A stretch of DNA of 64,000 bases, taken from contig NC_134029.1 in NCBI RefSeq assembly GCF_964204645.1, positions 10,318,850-10,382,849 on the forward strand. The letters are read 5' to 3'. Of the stretch, positions 52,559-64,000 are shown piece after piece (the first letter of the stretch is position 1; every line of letters starts with the position of its first letter). The position numbers and the translations under genes are program-made. Source of the DNA: Tubulanus polymorphus (Eukaryota > Animalia > Nemertea). The notes under the pieces were generated by a model that saw only the letters and a list, made by a program, of their open reading frames with translations, had not been told where the DNA came from and ran no database searches.

Positions 52559-55500
52559 TATTCCCGTTCTTCAACACACTAAGGTGGAATTTACCAAAAT
52601 TCTCAAATTATCTCCAGCACTATAGGGTATCAGTTAGTCAGCACAGAAGGGGAATGGATATAGTGAAAAGAGTTTGTTTTGATAAATTTTAACCCATTTC
52701 TAACAAGTCAGCACATCCATGTGATGTCAGATGTCAGGTCAACGTGGGGAGGAGAATATTATACATTGGTATTAACCAAGTCTCTGCAATTCTCCCAACT
52801 TCTAGTCTATATCAGGAACGTCAGTAGCAATGTGGATCCAAATACCGGTATCACATAACAGCGACTAGGGATTGAAGTGTTGTCAATTTTATTCATATAC
52901 ATTCATTAAGAAGTTTTAGACACTTAATTGTAAAAGCGCCGTTACGTTTCATAGCGATAGCGATAGCCCTTGTAAGCAAGCCCATGATAACGGTTAGTGT
53001 GGGAGGACATCCTGTACCGCTATGTGAATTTTTGGATCGAATAGTAGCCCTCAGTCTCACAATAAAGGTCGCATCGAAATTAGTTTAAATAAGTCCCAAG
53101 AAATTTCTTCACCAGAGGGTATGTAACATATCAACAGTCAGTTCACAACAACAACAAAATAAATATACATATAAACCCATAAAAACACAGCTATTGTAGG
53201 GCAAACATCATATATTCGATGGATCGAGCGAGAATAGTAAGGTTTATCACCGAGCGATAGAATCTACTAATTGATATAAATGTCTTCCTAATTACGAACT
53301 ATGTTATTTATTCCGTTTGATATAGGGATGCCTTTTTTATGTTCTCACACTCACTAAATACGTGTGTTAATAATAATGATGATAATTAATTGACTATGGA
53401 CATTTTTAACTGAGTTTTCCATTGTATCACGTCACGGAAAGCGTTGAATAAATTCGTGATGTAATTACGGGTATTATCACACCCCTACATATAATGACAT
53501 GACTATAGCCATTCTCACGTAAGTAGGTCGTGGCCTTTGGTATCAGAATCTAAAGAACAATATACAATGAATATGAAACCATATCGAACGCTGGCTGCAA
53601 AATAAAACATTGGATGACATTGTTATGACAATTTTACTAACATTCGTTCCCTTTACACCGCTCGATAAGAAAAATGCAACACAAGTACACCTAGAAATGA
53701 AATACCACAGTGAAATATAAATCGCCAAGTCGCATCAACTATCCAACTTGAAGATTTGTGAACTTGTTGCGTTGACATCAAACTTTTTCGCTGCAATCTG
53801 TATCTTACGTCGTATCATATATCATAGCAAGTTCGCGCTGTTAATGAAGGCCAAATCTGGCTTTTGCTTTAGCTGCCTCGATGTTTCACTTGAGCTTTGT
53901 TGGTCGGCACTGTCAGTATTTTGATAGACGAAAGAGTGATCGAACTCATCTGCTTAAATAATTTCCAATTTGTACGCATTACACAACTCGCAATAGGAAC
54001 TTTGTCTCTTGTTAGTGCTTGTCTAGACACGCTTACATTTCAGACGGAATTCCATCTTAGATTTTAGAGAATCGTTGTACAAAGTCAAGTCATCGAGCCA
54101 AGAGTAATAAAGACATTAGAAGGTCAATCACAATGCTGACATCTCGCAGAAATCAATGGGTAATCTGTGTAATATTAATACGTTACGAACTAACCGCACT
54201 AGTAATGACATAATGACAGTTCATTAAGTTAAACCTAGACACAAATTATCTGTGCACAATTTCTAAGTCTGTTATAATACACGAATAATGCTTCTCGTTA
54301 TCTAAAATTTCTGAGGCATTCAACTTCGCTTAAACCTAACGCACATTTTGATCGACGAACAAAAATATGGAACATTTCCTAGAATCTTGTTCCCTTTTTC
54401 GTTGCCACGATGGACGTTTTGCAGACTGAAGCATTTCATCTGACAAATTTTGCCCGTGTATTTTTATACCCGGGGATGGACGACTGGTGTAATGATAAAA
54501 CAGATTAATTATCTTTAATCTTTAATTCAAAATCTGAATGTTTGGTCTGATCATCTTAATGTCCCGAGGGTCAAAATGATCTTCCGTTCAAATAATCAAA
54601 AACCCGACTAGGCCCACATCCTCTAGTTATAAACTTATTTTTTCTACCCCAAGGCGCTCCTGTACCTAGGTGCCTAATCATGACTTACGTCTAAAGAGGT
54701 CTAAAATCTTAAGACCGGTCGTAGGCTGTTTGATTAGCTATAAAACTAAGCTCATATATAGATCAGTATCATCTCTACGCTATGGCTGTAAAATTATGAT
54801 CGATATCATAGTGGCCGTTTAAACATTCAACAGTCCATGTTCGTTGTTAAACAGTCACATTGAATGCTATTGATATAACTGTCGTAGCGATAGAGATCGT
54901 GTAGTTCATCCTCAGCCATACATCGTTGCATTGTGTGTAGTAGCACTAATGAAAAGTTCACTTTGCCATCTCTTAAACATTACGTTGGTCAGAATTCCTC
55001 GTCGTTAAGTAATTTTTCTGGGCATTACTGATCTTTCCATCAAGGTTATTCATTGACAATATTTCGTCATTTCTAAAACACAGTACTTGATTAACACATT
55101 TGATGAATCCTCCCCGAATCGTCATCGGAATTCGAGGGCTTAGAAAACATAGGACTTGACATCTTTACCCAACTTGTGATTGGATAATGCAACGTATATG
55201 CATATCATAACGTTTTTGAGTAAGATAGAGTTTGAATCATTGTAGTGTCGCGTCAATCTACTAGAAATGGGTAGCTTATATCCAGAAGTCATAAGACTTC
55301 ACTATCTTAGGCAGTGATAACTCACTCAACAAACATTCAACAAGATCAATTTTCGTTTCGATCCTGATGAGACCGCCTTTTCTTGATACACGTATTGAGA
55401 AAATCTCTCATCCTCTTGTGGCGTCCTATTGACAGCTGACACAAAGCCAAGGGAAAGTAATTTGTGCCAGCAAATGTTATATTCGAAAAGGAATTTCGCC

Positions 55501-57399
55501 CTGTAATAGATCCTTTATTGTAACAGAATCTTTAATGCTACATTTTCCTTCGACGATTTGAGGATTCTAAAGAATTGGACACACGGGAGCATAACAATTT
55601 GTTCACCAATTCACGAAACATCTACTGATCATAAACTATAGTTGTACATGTGTTTTGACATTACATGTCATTAATTTGAGGACAAAGCGCATGACTAGTT
55701 CATGGCAATGTAATGTGCCATCATGTTTGTCCCAACGATAAATGTTCAGGGAATCCATTCATATTTTCACGACCGTACCAATTAAAGCTATACTCAGAGT
55801 TATTTATGGTTTCTATGAAACTTAAATTAGATGGGCAGATATTGCAGACATCATATTAATCTGCTCAGTAATTACAAAGCCTGGGACTAATTACTTGATT
55901 TATACACTCGTTTGCGTGAAATTAGGGGCCAATTACTAAGCAGTTTGAAAGCATCCGATGTTTTGATGGCGAAGCAATATTGAAAAAAAAGTTTTTTTAT
56001 GAAGGGGTAGTAGCAAATACTCGAAGAGTTATCATTTCAAATATATAAGAAAATGCCCCATTTATATAGTTTTTTCAACAGATCCTTTTTCAACATTTAA
56101 GTTCAATCATAAGTGCATTAAAGCAAAAACTTTTCCGTTCATAAAATCTGTTTCCACTTGATCCACGTGATTTAGATTTTTTCCAACTTGTGTTGTTTTA
56201 AGTCGACTAACCGCAAATGTTACGATGCAGCCTTGCGCATATTCACAACAGTCACTAATTTTTAAAACTTGGATGTACCAACAACTATGATAACGATTCT
56301 ACCTATTGACAGCTATATGTGTGTCTTCTATAAGCCGGCGTTCTTCTGACTCAGCGTAACCAAGCGTAAATGTTAACAAGACAAATGCCACTGTGCTAGA
56401 CTAAAAGGTACTTGTATCTACGCGCAATGGTGACTGGAAAGTTGCCTCTTGACATCAGTCCCATTAAAAACTACCAAAAACCTAATCGTGACAATGTAAA
56501 TAAAACCCGATCAAGACTGTATATATGTAGTGTACAAACATGTATTCAATATTCACGTGTCTGTGCCGCTTTCTTACTGACGGTCTATCAATGCGCATAG
56601 CACTGTCCGTTTGATTGCGATACATTCACGGACCTAACTATGCACTGTATATTAGAAACACATAATTGCTCCCAGTGTAAAACAACTACACTTCGGATAC
56701 CCCAGGGCTATACTCTCATCTGGAAAATTTGCGTTTCGAAATGTGCTTTCTTCCTATATAGTCAACACGCGGGATCATCAACTTAGAGGACTTCTACATC
56801 AACATCTACCCGAGAAAAAACGACAATAAACTACCGGACTATTTACACGTAGAAAACGACCAAAAAAATATAAAAATGGACAAAATGATCTTAAACCTTG
56901 TGATAAAGCTATCTTCCAGAATCTCAATGTATTAAATAAGCCAGCCAGAAAAATTCATCCCAATCAGTCGCTTGCCGGTTCAGACTGAATGGAAGATTGT
57001 TTGGATGAACCGGAACCGAATTTCCAATTATGTACTCCGATTTAAAAAAAACATTCTGTTAACTCGACCGCCGATCACACAACTAGGCTGTACTTCGATT
57101 TCCGATTTCAAAATCAAACCCCCTGTTTCGCTCCCGGCAGGTGTGGTGGGTCTGTAAGGGACACTCAATCGAAAAATCAAACGAAATTTACCAACCAAAT
57201 TAATAAATAACGGGGACAATCCCTATTTTAAGATCATAAAAGGTACTTGTATCTCTTGAGACCAAGCCCTCACCCTACGCCAGGAATGTTCAATATTATT
57301 CATATTTTCCATTCACGATAAGGATAAAGACTTCGTCACTGGTACTAAATATCCGAATTTTTTTCATTTTTGAAGCCGGTTCATATCACTTTTGAAATA

Positions 57400-57573
57400 C
57401 AGTAATCCCCCATATACCGCCAACATTGGTGCAGAACGATTTTGGCGGTATAGAGAGTATGGCGGTGTATCGCGGGTGTTTTACTGTGTATTTTTATTGA
57501 GATGTACATTGAGAAAAAAGCCTTGCGGTAGGGGTGTCGGTGAATGGAAGGGCGCTTTATCGGGGGTTTACTT
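57400..57573. mobile_element. Tc1/mariner-type MITE, uninterrupted relative of the 11959 element
   Basis: TA|CAGTAATCCCC..GGGGTTTACTT|TA; shares GGTGCAGAACGA..GGCGGTATA.AGAGTATGGC with 11959-12110. Confidence 0.75.
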
Positions 57574-57696
57574 TAGTCTAAGATGATAAGCAATTTGTGG
57601 CTGATCGTTGGAATTTTTAAACAAAGGGTGCAAGTCACAGTAATTCAGTTAATTCAATCTGATTAAGATTCTATTTTCTACTTAAATCATATCTTC

Positions 57697-58630
57697 AAAC
57701 TAAGGGTCCAGGGACACCATGCCCACTTGGGCAGTGGTTTGAAATGCTTAAAAATCTGACGATATAAAGTTTCAATGCCCCCTGGTGAACATATTAAGAA
57801 ACCAATGACCTTAAAACTCACCACAATCATAGAACATATCGTGAGCTACAAATTTGCAGTTGATTGCGGTTACAAATATAAGCATAGACCTGGATACAAA
57901 TATAAATAGACAAATTGTATATAATTCAATATTCAACCCTCCCTGGTGGCAAAAAAGAAACAAACTGGGCCATCCCAATTCCATGCGAAAAGATGTATCC
58001 CACGGCAGTGCTCACAATTATCAAATATCAAGACTATATATAAGTTCAAACCTATCAATATTTTCATTAAAAAACCCTTTTCGCATCTACAAATGAGGAC
58101 TGATGACACCCGGCCACAGATTGCTTGACAATATTTGGCAATTATTGACTGATCAAAAAGCCGTCTGAAATGTCAAAGATCCTTTCCCAAACTAAGCTTA
58201 TTACCATCATGAATTTCAATGAAAAATTACAAATCATTAGGAATCAACATGTCTCGGAATTCAGGGAAAAAATTTCCTTTTTGTGCTCAAAATGACCATT
58301 TTGTGTCCGGTCAACACTGATGGCTGATGGGCCATAGAAAGATTATAGCGTCTTAAAAATTTTCCTTTGAAAACTTAAGATTGTGTAAAAAATGCTGATA
58401 TCAGCAAAACACTAATGACCACCAGTCAGCCATTTTGAATCTGATAGGGGCTAGTTTTATAGGGCAGCGTGTGTTTCTTGGGTAGATACACGTATTAAAC
58501 CAAATATCCCTTGAAGCTTCTTCAAAACTCATAACCAAAATAACTGGATTCCGTCAAACGAACGGACGGACGACGGACGAAAAGTCGCCGCAATCGCTCG
58601 CTGGGAATAAAGTCTCAGTGGGCTAAAAAC
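57697..58630 (-). mobile_element. Helentron/HINE-like element with about 1.5 satellite units
   Basis: Same two ends as 32957-34219 (CCAGGGACACCATGCCCACTTGGG; GGACGAAAAGT..GGGCTAAAAAC). Confidence 0.75.
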
Positions 58631-60679
58631 CATCCGTCCGCAGACGATAAATAATACATATAACCTTTAGCGCAGAATTTCTTGGTTTCTCAAAATTCGC
58701 ATCGATGTGTAGAATCAAACGTGCTTATGCGGTAGACTGATGATATCATTGTTGTACCAGTCCGTGCTAAAAGCGACGCTAATGTCTTATAATAGTCTTA
58801 TAACGACTTCTTTTGAATTCGGAATTAAAAATGTACACAATTTTAGAGAAATTCGTTGAATGGTGAAACATCACGTTTTGGTTACTGATAAGCGAACAAC
58901 GTCAATCATGGCGTTTTATCGTCGTTTTATCCATTGAATTTTGATTGATAAGATTTGTACATGTTTGTTGCGCGTGAACAGAATATTTGATCCTTTCATT
59001 GCGGTACCCTCACTTCTTTATATCAATAGTTCCTTGCACCGTCACCATCTGTGGTTACACCTCGTCTTTGCTCTCTTTATAACAGTAACGTATATGATAA
59101 ACGATATGTATTACGTTTGTTAGACTTCGTTTCAAGAGTTTATTTCATATGAGTTACGACACGGTCGTTAAAACCCATGGGCAGCGCGACCACCTTAATA
59201 TCATAGGTACTGAGTTGAATGGTAAAATTATCTGAACCTTTCCACCACCCGATGGCCTAATCAACGCGGCTTCGGTTCGTTTTTGTTCGTTTTTTTTCAT
59301 AAGCCCACTTGTATCAAAATAAACCGCGCTCTCCCGAACACATGTTTAAGATCATCGACGATCATCGTTTGCATTGAACAGATTGAGGCGATGATAATGG
59401 TAATAACGACTAGAATGCTAACGCTTCTGGGCCAACGTACGATCCACATACAAAACTGTGCGGTGATAAAGGTAATTAAGGTAAACTTGCAATAATCTCC
59501 AAATACCGTACCATGGACTCGTTGAAAGTTATTGCACTACGAATTCCATCGCATTGCGAATTCTAATTCCAAACAGCCGATTGTCCGAAAATTTAAGTAG
59601 AAGGATTTGCAATTGTACTTTATTCCTGGAAAAATCAGCTCACTTGGAATTCGTAAATCTAGACATAGATATACATATCTTTTTTGCTATTTACATTAAC
59701 CCAAAATCGGGGACATTTCGTTGCATGTTCAACAATGCTTCTTCGCATAGAAAACAAACTCAACTATTTGCCCTGAACCGGGACAGAACGGGTATTGCCA
59801 TAACTGCGTGCATTCACGATCGATCGACTTTCCAAAGGGATGCCAATTTACTCATCTAATTTCATTCCGCGAGATCTTCAAGGGGGGATAAAGTCATCAT
59901 GGTAAATCAATACTTCGATATTCACAACGAACAATCAATCCTGAAACAGGATATATTGGTTGCATCCAGGCACTGTGTAGACTCGATGGCTATATGTACG
60001 TACATTGCTCATTTTGTCCACCGGGGAACAATGGTAAAAATATCTATCATGCTTTAAATAAGTGAACAAAGACGTCGAGAAATGATGGCAATGTATGTTG
60101 ATCTTGTTCCGAAAATAACCACTTATCCGTGTATATATTATAGTATATATTATATATTCAAGATTTTCTTGACGAAGAAAGATAGGGATAAATGACTATG
60201 TGGATATAATCTGTAGATAAAAAAATAGATCAGAGGCGGAATCCGCGGAATTCTTTTCTTTTACCACGTAAATATAACATAAATGTATATAGATTCTGGT
60301 ATATCGATTGTACTATGGAAATAACCATATCATCCACATTTTATCTGAAAAAAGGTTAAATATTCCGACTTCTTCCGTAAAAAATAAGTCTGAATGGAAT
60401 AAAGTTATTCAGTGGAGAAATGTATAGTAGAAGATAACCGTAAATTGTCTTTTTATTCAGCATGTAACGCCCCAGGGCCTTATGGTTGTTTAAATATTTT
60501 TGAAAATTATAAATATTTTTTTCAAAAATGGCCTGTCATGTAGAAATTGGCTAAAATGTATAGTAAGGATATGGCCTTTCTCCGTGTGTACCAATCACAT
60601 ATTTAAATTCACAGATATTCACAGTTTGTGATGAATGAACAAAACCTCTTTTTTAATACAGAATAATCATTATATGCGG

Positions 60680-60800
60680 AAACAAGGGTTCCAGGGAAAC
60701 CATGCCCAATTGGTGAAATGCTTGACAATCTGACATTTCAATATTCAGGACCCTGGTTGAAACTCAAAATCATAGTTCGAGTCACGAGTTACAATTCTGA
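60680..60800 (-). mobile_element. HINE-like terminal fragment
   Basis: AAACAAGGGTTCCAGGGAAACCATGCCCA..GAAATGCTTGACAATC. Confidence 0.6.
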
Positions 60801-61224
60801 GGCTATAAGTTTTGAGGCTAAAAGTAAAAGTTTTAAAAATGGATTCACTCAAAATTTATACCTTATACCGTTACTTTCAACATATATATGTATACCTGTC
60901 AATAAAACTGTTCAACCGTGGAATTATTATCATGCGTTTTCCTATTCCTGTGACCCTGAGTTGACCTAGGATCACAGTAATGGGAATAGATATTATATGA
61001 TCTCAGAATACTACTACATGTACCAAATCTAGGATGTCCCACGTTATGTTGGTTCCGGCAGATATCTTATGAATAATTAATTCATCAGTTATTCAGAAAA
61101 CATCCGGGTCGACAGCTGAACAGAAGATGGCGAAAGATAATTAGGTTTGGTGTCACCAGGGAGGCCACCTTCCTAGTGTCAGTCACTGTGAGGGCCGAGT
61201 TTCTAATTAGCCAGTGAAGAATAA

Positions 61225-61368
61225 AGCCGCGATCACACGAGCGTTTTTGGCCGGACCAACTGTTGGCACCAGTGTCACCCCGATATAAGTCACACAATTC
61301 GAAATTTGACTCGAGTCTGATCCGTGCCAATATGGTCCAGGCCAACTCGTCTCCGTGTAATCGCGGCT
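61225..61368. mobile_element. PIF/Harbinger-type MITE
   Basis: TAA|AGCCGCGATCACACG ... CGTGTAATCGCGGCT|TAA. Confidence 0.75.
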
Positions 61369-63069
61369 TAAATTTACATTATCTTCAAGACCCCCGAAAT
61401 TACCTAAAACCATATTTATTTAAGCCGTTTTCTATAAACACGTGTTGAACTGTTTCATTGGACTCTGCCTTTAATAAGAAGTAGCGAGAAGTTTTTTCTA
61501 TCATTTAAGATATTCATCAATTGTACTCTGACGAGAGTTTAAAACTGGTAATCCCTGTAGTCTACCATAGATGTTAACATGGATAGGATCGAATATAATT
61601 ATATTGCTCACAAAAGTACATTTGCTCAAAAATACGATAAATACGATAGTAACAATGAACTTTTAATTATAACTTTATCAACTTTCCAATGGTTAACTCT
61701 AACTTACTTTAAACAACTGGCCCCTGAATATCAAAACGTAGACCTATTGTTGCCAATAAGTAAATTCGTACTTAACTAAATATTAAATATTCTTTATGGC
61801 AAGTAATCAAACAAAATTGAACTCTTATTATAACGTTTGTTCAGAACATCGTATGGCGGATGGCGATAATTTGGCAAAAAAAGAAGCTGAAGGTATTAAT
61901 TTACTTTATTAATTAATTCGGTCTTAAGCTTATACTTGGCGGAAGCCGGAAGTTGACGATATACGGAGGGCGGATAATCGGGAGTTGACTGAAGTCTACC
62001 AAATAATCATTTTTCATTCACCTACTATATGAGTGCGTGTGGGTGCGCTGTGCGTGCGCATGCGCGTGTGCGTGTGTGTTGAGCAGTACATATAACAAAA
62101 CGCAAAAAGACAAAATTGCTTTGTCAAAGGGAAATAAATCATTTTGTAGATATAAAATTTGTTTTAAGCAAACAAACTGTCGACTATGAGAGATATTCTT
62201 CTTACCCACGAGACATTTAAAACCTGATAACACTCGTCGGCGCACGTGTGTGCATCGAAAGGTTTTCCTTTCGTGAACGCGACTCAGATGATAATAATCA
62301 ACTTCAAATATTTCTACATCGTGTACCTGCTTATGTAGAACGTCACATAAACAACCAAGATTGGTCATTAAGCAGGGTATCTAATCTAAAAATTGGTAGA
62401 AATGCTATGGGAACATGGATCGTTTTTTAGAAAATGCTATTTCGCATATTTATTGCCACCTAACTTTCCCGGAAATTCTGAATGAAATATTCACGAGTTC
62501 GTTTAGAACAAAAGACATAATATATAAAAATTCGGAACCCTCAATGATCGCTTTTTGTCTGATTCGTGACAGCGCTCGGAATATAGCATTTTTGCCGAGG
62601 TTACAATATTCTAGTTTTACTTACAATGTCTTCCAGTCACGATAAATCAGATAAATGTAAATACATGTACTTCGTTGTCGTTAATACTCAAACAACAGAT
62701 TTATGAACATTCTCGTGAATAGAAATGAGTCGATAAGGCCATTGCAATTTGCAAGACGACAAAAATTTCTCAGTGACATTTTTATCTACAGGCATTTTTA
62801 TATTCTAAAATATGTCTAATGTCCTGAAAGATTTTGAGTGCGCTTTAACGGCCGTGGTTCAAAAATCGAATACAACCATAGTGAATCGGTCGAACACATA
62901 ATAGAATGAATGTTTTCATAGTTATCCAAATAGCACTTGATATATTTAATTATCACGGCGTTTTTGCTAAGTGGCTTTGCAGTTGTCTTCAACATTTCAC
63001 TAGACCCATACCTGGTTCAACGTAGCTCCAGAACTGGCGTAAATCGAAACTACCACTGTTACAATCATG

Positions 63070-63709
63070 TTAATGGCAATAATAGTAAATGGATATCATG
63101 CGTAAAATCAACGTTAGAAAATTGTGGCCTAGGTTACATTTGGTACGAGCAGTCCTTCCCAAACATTCGATATCTAACGGAGTTAGTCAAACAACGACTA
63201 CAGGATGGTTTTAAACAAAATTGGCATCAATCTCTCGAATATTATTTAAAACTAGACACTTATCGTAGCATTAAATTAGAATGGGGAACAGAGCAATTTT
63301 TACTTAACCTACCAATGGATTTACGTTCGGCTCTTATCCGATTTAGATGCTCTAATCACCCGCTACCTATTGAAACTGGTAGATACCAAAACATACCAAG
63401 GGGCGATCGCTTATGTACCAAATGTAACCTAAACAAAATTGGTGACGAATTCCATTATGTTTTGGAATGTAATTATTTTTTGAACTTGCGAAATGCGTAT
63501 ATACCCAAATTTTTCACAGTAAACCCAACTACCTACAAATTTAGGAAATTATTCAATACAAATGATAGAAATGTGATAAGAAAACTTGCAGTTTATGTTA
63601 AAATATTATGAAGAAGTATGTAAACTTTTATTTCTACGTATATAAATGCTGTTTTTGTGCTCGAAAAATTATGTACAATTTGGAGCAATAAAGAATAAAT
63701 GTAAATGTA
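63070..63709 (+). mobile_element. 5'-truncated non-LTR retrotransposon 3' end (RTE-X/CR1-group-like)
   Basis: RFRCSNHPLPIETGRY..RLCTKC..IGDEFHYVLEC; two AATAAA at 63687 and 63694, then a short repeat tail. 5' boundary approximate. Confidence 0.88.
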
Positions 63710-64000
63710 CAAAATCAACGAACTTTGGAACCGGGCCCACGGAGTTTAGGCCAACGCTGTAGTGAAACTTAAGTAACACACTTTTTTCCGTTGGAATCAC
63801 CCGGCTACCATGTCCATCACTCAAACATATCCAAACAAAGTGCCGTCCAGCAAGGGTCAATACATATGGTCAAACTTATTCTAAGAATGATCTAAATGTT
63901 GTTTAAGATTGCTGAATGAGTTTTAGACAGGAACACACATGTTGTAGTCATTCAATTATAAACTACCCTACATTAATTCAGTGATATAACGGCAATCATA

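Noticed and set aside
62937-63611. Host gene with a signal peptide (224 aa)
   Set aside because: The C-terminal part is a LINE ORF end; the hydrophobic start is flanking sequence read from a TTG codon.

Overview
AT-rich, intron-containing animal genomic DNA, probably from a lophotrochozoan invertebrate (inferred from the repeat types). There are two well-supported protein genes, both on the minus strand. The first is a divergent TRPV-like ankyrin/6-TM channel whose coding region is a single exon (5526-7616). The second is an ADAMTS-like (MADD-4/punctin-type) gene: 14 exons (48363 to 28218) join in frame into 3024 nt encoding TSP1, a Cys-rich module, further TSP1 repeats, one Ig domain and PLAC. 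It needs a GC-AG intron and has no spacer domain; its first exon is uncertain. Between the two genes (about 9.5-18.6 kb) are decayed exons of an unidentified repeated beta-rich domain. The rest is rich in transposons: four palindromic non-autonomous elements of three subfamilies sharing TAYGG..GATAAGGG ends (two with clear 6-bp TSDs, IS3EU-like), Helentron/HINE-like elements carrying a 154-bp satellite unit, Tc1/mariner- and Harbinger-type MITEs, 5'-truncated LINE ends and microsatellites. No rRNA, true tRNA or CRISPR array was seen. All calls come from reading the sequence by eye, with no database searches.
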